From assembly GCA_045535095.1 (NCBI GenBank), contig JAZSKY010000042.1:23668-87667 (forward strand): DNA of 64,000 nucleotides. The letters are read 5' to 3'. The position numbers were made by a program, and so were the translations under genes. Below are positions 57,485-64,000 of this stretch, one piece after another. Under the pieces are notes generated by a model. That model did not search any database, was not told the origin of the DNA, and saw nothing but the letters and a program-made list of their open reading frames with translations. The stretch comes from Eubacteriales bacterium. GTDB taxonomy: Bacteria > Bacillota > Clostridia > Oscillospirales > CAG-272. Each line of letters begins with the position of its first letter. Within the stretch, counting starts at the first letter, position 1.

Positions 57485-58660
57485 ATGGAAAAGTTCACTG
57501 TAAAGACTGTATCTGACGTTGCCATTCCTAAAGATAAAGAATTTTTCGGATATCCGACTATGGTGCGTCTTAACGTAAGCGGAGAGCGAAACGGCACACT
57601 CCTTGCCACCTTTGCAAGATACGGAACGTGGAAGGGATATGACGTTTACGAAAGCTGTGACGACGGTGAGAGCTGGCATTATCTCTCAAGCGCCGTTGAC
57701 AATAGGGAGGATAAGATCCTTAACGCCATCTTCCAGCCCTGTCTCTTTGAAATTCCTAAGGATATGGGCAAATATAAGGCGGGAACTCTTATTCTCGGCG
57801 GCTGCACGAATTTCGTTAGGGACGGTATTGCAAAAACTGCCATCGTATTCTATATAAGCGAGGACAGCGGAAAGAGCTGGACTCAGTATATGGATCTTTG
57901 CTACGGAGGAACTGCTCCCGATAAGCTCGGAGTGTGGGAACCCTTCTTCATTTTCGACGAAAAGACCGACCGTCTCTATTGCTACTATTCGGACGAAAGT
58001 AACGAAGCAAACGATAAAAACGGCGCGGGCGCGCAGAAGCTCGTATTCAAGTATTCTACCGATATGAAAACTTGGGTCGGCAAGGATAATAAAACGGGTG
58101 TTACCGACGATCCCTTTATCGCTATAAACAGCTCGACCTATAATGCCCGCCCCGGAATGATCTCGATCGCAAAGATGGGTAACGGCGAATACTTTATGAC
58201 CTACGAGCTTTGCCTCTCGGGAGAAAATAACGGATGTCCTATATATTATAAGAAGACCACGAACCTTGCAGAGTGGACCGATACGGGAGATCACGGAAAG
58301 CCGATACAGACGGCAAACGGCTACACCTTCGGAAGTGCTCCTTGGTGTGCGTGGACTCCTGCGGGTGGTGAGTGTGGAACGCTTGTCGTTGTAGCGCACC
58401 ACAATAACAACAGTGTACGGCCTATCACCCTTGACGGAAACGGCAAGGTTTACGGAACCGATATGCTCATTTCTCTCGACTACGGCGAGACCTTTATCCC
58501 GTTCAGAAACCCCATTCCGTACTACACCTTTGAAAAGACCGCATATTCTCCCTTCGTAGGATTCTCTGCGGACGGAAATACTCTTTACTACCTTAACAAC
58601 CCTCCGGACAGTAAGCAGTCCTATCAGAGCGTTGTATTCAAGGCACTGAAGATCTGGTAA
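57485..58660 (+). CDS. BNR/Asp-box repeat protein, sialidase-like beta-propeller, no signal peptide
   Basis: Asp-boxes SCDDGESW, SEDSGKSW and STDMKTW. It starts 22 nt after the transketolase C-subunit gene. Confidence 0.7.
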   Translation: MEKFTVKTVSDVAIPKDKEFFGYPTMVRLNVSGERNGTLLATFARYGTWKGYDVYESCDDGESWHYLSSAVDNREDKILNAIFQPCLFEIPKDMGKYKAGTLILGGCTNFVRDGIAKTAIVFYISEDSGKSWTQYMDLCYGGTAPDKLGVWEPFFIFDEKTDRLYCYYSDESNEANDKNGAGAQKLVFKYSTDMKTWVGKDNKTGVTDDPFIAINSSTYNARPGMISIAKMGNGEYFMTYELCLSGENNGCPIYYKKTTNLAEWTDTGDHGKPIQTANGYTFGSAPWCAWTPAGGECGTLVVVAHHNNNSVRPITLDGNGKVYGTDMLISLDYGETFIPFRNPIPYYTFEKTAYSPFVGFSADGNTLYYLNNPPDSKQSYQSVVFKALKIW

Positions 58661-58667
58661 AATGAAT

Positions 58668-59078
58668 ATAAAAACACCGAAGCTTTAGCGTGATGTCCTT
58701 AACGGACAAATCACGCATCGAGATAAATCCCTTGAGGGATTTTCGATATGTTGCTAACGCAACTCGATATGCCTGCGGCTCGATATGTTTGCTACGCAAA
58801 CGAGGGATTTATCTCATATCGAATTGAAGCGAAGCGACAATATATCGAGTTCGAGCAAAGCGAGAACATATCGAGTCAACGAAGTTGACATATCGACAGA
58901 AAGAAAAACAAGAGCAAGAATAGAAGGATTTCTCCTTTTACTCTTGCTCTTTCTGTCGTTATAAGGGTTTGGGATTAGCCCGTATTTGCGCTTGACCGGT
59001 CAAATGCGATGCTCGCACTTAACGGCGGTTTTCAATTTCTCCGATAAGAGAACCACCCATTTGCTTCGGTGCTTTTAT
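58668..59078. repeat. 411-bp structured non-coding element with a 16-nt terminal inverted repeat and an internal TCGATATG/CATATCGA motif-hairpin array
   Basis: The terminal inverted repeat is ataaaaacaccgaagc (58668-58683) against the reverse complement of 59063-59078, with 15/16 matches. The motif occurs x3 direct and x4 inverted. A long hairpin lies at 58894-58958. Confidence 0.8.
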
Positions 59079-59079
59079 T

Positions 59080-59307
59080 TTAATGATGATAATCTCGCAT
59101 TTTGAAGGAGTATTTCCGAAATTTCAGCATATAAGATCTATATTGCTTTTCGGAGATCTTGCCCTCAGCGTAAAGCGCCTCCGTGCGCTCCTCGAGTCTT
59201 TTTCGCGAGTCGTGCGCGAGATCCTTGTAGTTGTTCATAAGATACTGTTCAATATCGTTTATGATCGAGTCAAGCTCGCGCTGTGCTTTGGATTTGAAAA
59301 ATAACAT
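59080..59307 (-). CDS. Hypothetical small helical protein
   Basis: 75 aa counted from ATG 59307, which lies 1 nt after the iorB stop (TAAGATG). Confidence 0.5.
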   Translation of the reverse strand: MLFFKSKAQRELDSIINDIEQYLMNNYKDLAHDSRKRLEERTEALYAEGKISEKQYRSYMLKFRKYSFKMRDYHH

Positions 59308-59308
59308 C

Positions 59309-59881
59309 TTACGCGTTGTATCCGAGATCAAACGCTTTCTTGTTCATCTCGATAAACTTGGGCGCAACCGTGTTCTCGATAGCGGCGATCCACTTTTCGT
59401 AAGGAATGTCGAAATATTTTGCAAGGCGTCCCATAAGAACGATGTTAACAGCCTTGGACGATCCTGCCTCGCTTGCAAGCGAGAGAGCATCGAGCGCGTC
59501 GCACTCAATACCAAGCTCTGCGAGCTTTTCAAGAGCGTCGTGCGGGTATTCTGCCGCGCCTGTGATAACGGGCATAGGATCGATCTCCTGAGTGTTTACG
59601 ATGATCTTTCCGCCGTCCTTTAAGTATGCAGCCCATCTTGCCGCCTCGATCTTTTCAAAGGAGACGATAACGTCCGCCTCTTTTTCGCAGATGATAGGCG
59701 AATATACCTTAGTTCCGAACTTTACGTACGTGATAACGCTTCCGCCTCTCTGGCTCATTCCGTGAACCTCGGAGACCTTTACGTCGTATCCCTCGTCAAC
59801 GAGCAGACGTCCGAGAAGCTTACTTGCGAGCAGCGATCCCTGACCGCCAACGCCCGAAATTATAATATTTTTAGTATTCAT
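59309..59881 (-). CDS. iorB: Indolepyruvate:ferredoxin oxidoreductase subunit beta
   Basis: 190 aa with the N-terminus IIISGVGGQGSLLASKLLG. Confidence 0.88.
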   Translation of the reverse strand: MNTKNIIISGVGGQGSLLASKLLGRLLVDEGYDVKVSEVHGMSQRGGSVITYVKFGTKVYSPIICEKEADVIVSFEKIEAARWAAYLKDGGKIIVNTQEIDPMPVITGAAEYPHDALEKLAELGIECDALDALSLASEAGSSKAVNIVLMGRLAKYFDIPYEKWIAAIENTVAPKFIEMNKKAFDLGYNA

Positions 59882-59904
59882 AACGATAACTCCTTTCTGA
59901 CTGC

Positions 59905-61620
59905 TCAGTTGATAGCGCCGAATGCGCAGAGCTGATTACATACTCCGCATCCTACGCAGAGAGTGCTGTCGATGACCGCTTTGCCGTTTTTCATGCTGAT
60001 AGCAGGGCATCCGAGACGCATACAAGCCTTGCAAGACTTGCACTTGTCACTGTCAACCGTAACGGGAGCCTTGGGCTTTACGTACTTGAGAAGAACGCAG
60101 GGACGTCTCGAAATGATTACCGAGGGCTCGTCTGCCGCAAGCTCTTCCTTGATAACCGTGTCGCACGCCTTGAGATCGTAAGGATCTACAACGCGCACGC
60201 GGTTGATACCGATAGAGCGGCAGAGCGCTTCAAGGTCTATCTTGCTTGCAGGATCGCCCTTGATGTTGTAACCGGTTGTGGGGTTCTGCTGATGACCGGT
60301 CATACCGGTTATCGAGTTATCAAGGATAATTACGGTCGAATTTGAGCCGTTGTAAGCGATGTTTATAAGTCCGGTCACGCCGGAGTGCATAAACGTAGAG
60401 TCACCGATTACAGCCACGCTTTTGCCCTCAAAGCCTGCCTTGTTAAATCCGTGGAGTCCCGAAACGGATGCGCCCATGCAAAGGGTGGAGTCGAGCGCGT
60501 TAAGGGGTGCCTGCGCGCCGAGAGTGTAGCATCCGATGTCACCGAGAACGGTAACCTTGTTTTTAGCGAGGGTGTAGAACATTCCTCTGTGAGGACAGCC
60601 TGCGCACATAACGGGCGGACGAACGGGGATAGTCGGAAGTCCCTCGGGGAGCTTCGACGTTTCCTTTCCGAGCGCCTTTGCAACTATGGTCTGCGAGAAT
60701 TCGCCGATAGGAGAGAAGAGTGACTTGCCCTCAACAGAGAGTCCGAGACACTTTACAAACTCCTCGATTACCGGATCAAGCTCCTCGATAACGATAAGGC
60801 GGTCAACCTTGGATGCAAAATCCTTTATCATTTTCGGAGGAAGAGGATTTACCATACCGAGCTTGAGTACGCTGCATGCGTCGCCGAATACCTCTTTTAC
60901 GTACTGATAGCAGGTTCCCGAGGTGATAATACCGATAGAGGTGTCGCCGTACTCAACGGTGTTGAGGGGCGAGGTCTCTGCATATTCTGCAAGCTTCTTG
61001 GTACGCTCCTCAACGAAGGGGTGGCGAAGCTTTGCGTAAGCGGGCATCATAATATATTTCGAGGGATTCTTCTCGTAAGCGGGAAGCGCTCTCTCGGCTC
61101 TTTCGCAAAGCTCGGTGATGCTCTGCGAGTGAGCGATTCTCGTGCACATTCTTATCATAACGGGGGTGTCGAACTGCTCGGAAATGTCAAAGGCGAGCTT
61201 TGCGTATTCCTTAGCCTCGGACGAATCCGCAGGCTCAAGCATAGGCACCTTGGACGCGATAGCGTATCTGCGCGAGTCCTGCTCGTTCTGTGAGGAGTGC
61301 ATACCGGGGTCGTCTGCAACGCAGATAACGAGACCGCCGTTTACACCGGTGTAGGAGAGGGTGAAGAGGGGGTCTGCGGCAACGTTCATACCAACGTGCT
61401 TCATAGCGCAAGCGGCACGGGCGCCTGCGAGAGATGCGCCGAACGCAGTCTCAAGAGCGACCTTTTCGTTGGGCGCCCATTCGCAGTATATCTCATCGTA
61501 TTTTGCAGCAAACTCGGTTATTTCGGTCGAGGGAGTGCCGGGGTAGCTCGAGATAACAGAGCAGGACGCTTCCCAAAGACCTCTTGCGAGGGCTTCGTTT
61601 CCAATTAAAAGTTTTTTCAT
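59905..61620 (-). CDS. iorA: Indolepyruvate:ferredoxin oxidoreductase subunit alpha
   Basis: 571 aa with a TPP-binding region (GDSTFMHSG) and a C-terminal 2x[4Fe-4S] motif (CKSCKAC...CVGCGVC). Confidence 0.9.
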   Translation of the reverse strand: MKKLLIGNEALARGLWEASCSVISSYPGTPSTEITEFAAKYDEIYCEWAPNEKVALETAFGASLAGARAACAMKHVGMNVAADPLFTLSYTGVNGGLVICVADDPGMHSSQNEQDSRRYAIASKVPMLEPADSSEAKEYAKLAFDISEQFDTPVMIRMCTRIAHSQSITELCERAERALPAYEKNPSKYIMMPAYAKLRHPFVEERTKKLAEYAETSPLNTVEYGDTSIGIITSGTCYQYVKEVFGDACSVLKLGMVNPLPPKMIKDFASKVDRLIVIEELDPVIEEFVKCLGLSVEGKSLFSPIGEFSQTIVAKALGKETSKLPEGLPTIPVRPPVMCAGCPHRGMFYTLAKNKVTVLGDIGCYTLGAQAPLNALDSTLCMGASVSGLHGFNKAGFEGKSVAVIGDSTFMHSGVTGLINIAYNGSNSTVIILDNSITGMTGHQQNPTTGYNIKGDPASKIDLEALCRSIGINRVRVVDPYDLKACDTVIKEELAADEPSVIISRRPCVLLKYVKPKAPVTVDSDKCKSCKACMRLGCPAISMKNGKAVIDSTLCVGCGVCNQLCAFGAIN

Positions 61621-61707
61621 CTTGTTTTGACGGAATAAAATTCCTTGTCCTTTCCGCCTTGCGGCTTGTAAATGATTTAATATTTTAATTTGTTAAAGTA
61701 AAATCTA

Positions 61708-61736
61708 TTGACAAAAAGATTTTAAATTGATATAAT
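61708..61736 (+). promoter_or_regulatory. Promoter of the yerC-like gene
   Basis: TTGACA (61708-61713), a 17-nt spacer, then TATAAT (61731-61736). Confidence 0.7.
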
Positions 61737-61835
61737 TAACTAAAAGCTATTATAACAAACATTTTAAATAATTTCAATAGCTTAAAAGAATAAAAATAAG
61801 GTAAAACGCAAATAAAAGTAAGGAAGGTTTAAAAA

Positions 61836-62150
61836 ATGTTAAATCAGCATAAGGAAAGAGATACGGCACTGCTTTTCAAAACTCTCGCAAAGCTTAAGAA
61901 CGAGGAAGAATTCCGTATGTTTTTCGAGGACCTTTGCACATATAAGGAGATCGAGCAGATGAGCCAGCGACTCGAGAGCGCTTGTTATCTTCTCGACGGA
62001 AAGACCTATTCCTATATCATAGACGAGACCGAGATCTCGTCCGCGACGCTCAGCCGAATTTCGAGATGTATTCAGAGAGGAAGCGGCGGATATAATAAGC
62101 TTCTCGTTGATATCCGTAAGGAAGAGAGCGGAGAGAGCGAAGAAAAATAA
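61836..62150 (+). CDS. YerC/YecD family TrpR-related protein
   Basis: Contains FFEDLCTYKEIEQMSQRLE...ISSATLSRISRCIQRGSGGY. Confidence 0.85.
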   Translation: MLNQHKERDTALLFKTLAKLKNEEEFRMFFEDLCTYKEIEQMSQRLESACYLLDGKTYSYIIDETEISSATLSRISRCIQRGSGGYNKLLVDIRKEESGESEEK

Positions 62151-62191
62151 AGATGCTTCTCGGCGGTATTTTGCCGCCGAGAATTATATAT

Positions 62192-62265
62192 CTGCTCGTA
62201 GCGTAGCTGGATAACGCACAAGACTCCGACTCTTGAGACCGCAGGTTCGAATCCTGTCGAGCAGG
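62192..62265 (+). tRNA. tRNA-Arg (anticodon CCG)
   Basis: Manual cloverleaf. Acceptor ctgctcg/cgagcag (C1-G72), D stem gcgt/acgc, anticodon stem caaga/tcttg with loop ctCCGac, T arm gcagg-ttcgaat-cctgt. Confidence 0.9.
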
Positions 62266-62270
62266 TAAAT

Positions 62271-62300
62271 AAAAAAGGACGGCTCAGCCGACCTTTTTTA
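62271..62300 (+). terminator. tRNA-Arg terminator
   Basis: Stem ggacggc / gccgacc with one mismatch, followed by a T-run. Confidence 0.65.
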
Positions 62301-62401
62301 TTTCACTCGTTAAACCGATTTGAAGCTCGCATTTCGCGAAGCGAATATGCTAATTTGCGCGTAAGTGAGTAAGCGGTAATAGTGAACGCGGGCGCAAATT
62401 T

Positions 62402-62426
62402 AGGTTCAGAAATCCTGTCGAGCAGG
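62402..62426 (+). repeat. Direct duplicate of the tRNA-Arg 3' end (att-like scar)
   Basis: aggttcagaaatcctgtcgagcagg compared with tRNA 62243-62265 aggttcgaatcctgtcgagcagg. The last 17 nt are identical. Confidence 0.8.
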
Positions 62427-62497
62427 GCTGAATTTCGGGGGGGTGACAATATCAACAAATGGCTGTATAATAAACATACAGTACAGTAAAAAGAGGT

Positions 62498-63040
62498 GTG
62501 CAAATGGATAAATTATCTATTTTGATTTCGCTGCTGATTATTTTTGTTCCTTCCGCTGTTGTAACCATTGCTGCAATATTTCAAAGCAGAAATATGCCTA
62601 AGATTTCAAGACAAAGCGAGGATAACTTCAGCGTTTTCGTATCTGATGCGGTTGTGTTTTTAGGCGTAATACTGACTGCAATGTATTCACTTTGCGTTTT
62701 GATTCCTACTTTCTTCGGAAAACCTCATTTGATAATGTATATTTTCTTCGGCGTTTTTATTTGGTTCGGGATATACTTAATAGTAAAGCCTATGACTTTC
62801 AGAATTTCGGTAAAGGGAGAAAAAATAACGGTTTATACGCTGTTTCGAAAGCCGTATGTGTTTACCCTTTGGGATATAGTGTCTGTCAAGCACCAGACAA
62901 AGAAAAATATGACAAAATCCGAAAGAGTTGTTATCAAAACAAGAAAGGGAAGAAAAGTAATTGCCGAAAGTGCAGAGGTTTCGTATAAGCGTCTGTTTAA
63001 CGCGCTCGAAGCAAAGCTTGATAAAAGCCTTTGGAGCTGA
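62498..63040 (+). CDS. Hypothetical membrane protein (AT-rich gene)
   Basis: 180 aa with 3-4 TM segments and then a basic soluble domain. GAGG RBS. A GTGACA-17-TATAAT promoter lies at 62443-62471. Confidence 0.65.
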   Translation: MQMDKLSILISLLIIFVPSAVVTIAAIFQSRNMPKISRQSEDNFSVFVSDAVVFLGVILTAMYSLCVLIPTFFGKPHLIMYIFFGVFIWFGIYLIVKPMTFRISVKGEKITVYTLFRKPYVFTLWDIVSVKHQTKKNMTKSERVVIKTRKGRKVIAESAEVSYKRLFNALEAKLDKSLWS

Positions 63041-63071
63041 TCCACTTTCCACCATATTCATAGTTAAATAC

Positions 63072-63106
63072 AAAAGGCAGAGAATCATCTCTGCCTTTTA
63101 TTTTTT
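63072..63106. terminator. Bidirectional terminator
   Basis: Stem ggcagaga / tctctgcc flanked by A- and T-runs. Confidence 0.8.
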
Positions 63107-63960
63107 CACTTAACCTTATTCCTTGCCGCAACGAGAGTGTTCTGAAGAAGCATCGTGATCGTCATAGGTCCGACTCCGCCGGGAACGGGGGTGATGTAGG
63201 AAGCCTTTTCGGATACGCTCTGATAGTCAACGTCACCGGTCAGCTTTCCGTCTGCACGGCGGTTCATTCCGACGTCGATAACGACCGCGCCGTCCTTGAC
63301 CATATCGCCGGTTATGAAATCAGCCTTTCCGATCGCCACAACGAGAATGTCTGCGCGGCGAGTCACCTCGGAGAGATCCTTCGTTCTCGAATGGCAGACG
63401 GTAACAGTTCCGTTTGCCTGAAGAAGGAGCATTGCCATAGGCTTGCCGACGATGTTGCTTCTGCCGACAACCACGCACTCCTTTCCCGAGATCTCGATAC
63501 CGCTCTCACGGAGCAGTACCATAACGCCTGCGGGGGTGCAGGGAAGGAAGCTGTAATTTCCTATCATAATTCTTCCGACGTTCGATTCGTGGAATGCGTC
63601 AACGTCCTTTTCGGGCGAGATGCGAGCGATGACCTCTTCGCTGTCGAGATGCCTCGGAAGAGGAAGCTGAACGAGTATTCCGTGTACCTTTTCGTCTGCG
63701 TTGAGCTTGTCGATAAGTGCGTTAAGCTCCTCACGGGTGGTGTTCTCGGGAAGCTCGTAAACGTCCGAATTAAATCCGACCTGCTCGCAGCCGAGCTTCT
63801 TGTTTCTTACGTAAACCTTGGACGCAGGATCTTCTCCTACGATGATTACCGAAAGACCGGGTGCAAAGCCGTATGTATTCTTAAATTCTTCGGTCTCTTT
63901 CGCTATTTTTTCTCTGCAGGACGCGCTTATCGCCTTGCCGTCAATTATCTTTGCTGCCAT
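63106..63960 (-). CDS. folD: Bifunctional methylenetetrahydrofolate dehydrogenase/cyclohydrolase
   Basis: Contains MAAKIIDGKAIS, LPLP and GRSNIVGKPMA, with the PGGVGPMT motif. Confidence 0.95.
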   Translation of the reverse strand: MAAKIIDGKAISASCREKIAKETEEFKNTYGFAPGLSVIIVGEDPASKVYVRNKKLGCEQVGFNSDVYELPENTTREELNALIDKLNADEKVHGILVQLPLPRHLDSEEVIARISPEKDVDAFHESNVGRIMIGNYSFLPCTPAGVMVLLRESGIEISGKECVVVGRSNIVGKPMAMLLLQANGTVTVCHSRTKDLSEVTRRADILVVAIGKADFITGDMVKDGAVVIDVGMNRRADGKLTGDVDYQSVSEKASYITPVPGGVGPMTITMLLQNTLVAARNKVK

Positions 63961-64000
63961 TATATTTACCTCTCAAAATCAGTTGTTTTCGGTTGCGTCC

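Noticed and set aside
56470-57609. 379-aa minus-strand ORF
   Set aside because: It is antisense to the transketolase C-terminal subunit gene.
62303-62503. 66-aa minus-strand ORF between tRNA-Arg and the membrane-protein gene
   Set aside because: It lies across the tRNA-duplicate scar and a promoter. It has no RBS and an implausible composition.
63979-64000. Possible 3' end of another minus-strand gene upstream of folD (...DATENN*)
   Set aside because: Only 7 codons are visible, so the call cannot be supported.

Overview
This is a chromosomal window of about 50% GC from an anaerobic, spore-forming Clostridia-type Firmicute. That placement is inferred from gene content: dipicolinate synthase dpaAB, pdaA-like spore-cortex deacetylase, pflBA, nfnAB, iorAB and acetate kinase.

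Most of the window is conserved housekeeping:
- pheT (3' part), trmK, a NIF3 family gene, and prfB.
- ackA, tmcAL, and the rimP-nusA-ylxR-ylxQ-infB operon.
- A ygiQ-type radical SAM gene, malic enzyme, guaB, and pflB-pflA.
- gpmI, nfnAB, a ZIP transporter, split transketolase, iorAB, and folD.
- tRNA-His(GTG) and tRNA-Arg(CCG).

The accessory content is:
- A glucuronide/hexuronate cluster (GH2 beta-glucuronidase-like, uxaC, uxaB, uxaA, AraC regulator).
- Next to it, two decaying glycosidase genes: a GH2 remnant and a frameshifted GH95.
- A TetM-like translational GTPase.
- Two AT-rich membrane/lipoprotein islets.

I found no recognisable defence system, prophage, CRISPR array or intact mobile element.

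The most unusual signal is non-coding. Two intergenic loci (48199-48364 and 58668-59078) share an architecture. Several copies of an 8-9 nt motif with a GATAT core occur first in one orientation and then inverted. The copies are interleaved with short hairpins whose stems are all different. Each locus sits just 3' of a gene. The second locus is bounded by a 16-nt terminal inverted repeat (15/16 matches). I cannot assign them to any RNA or repeat family I know, and I flag them as candidate novel structured RNA or MITE-like elements.

Many long ORFs in the supplied track are antisense shadows of real genes and were discarded.
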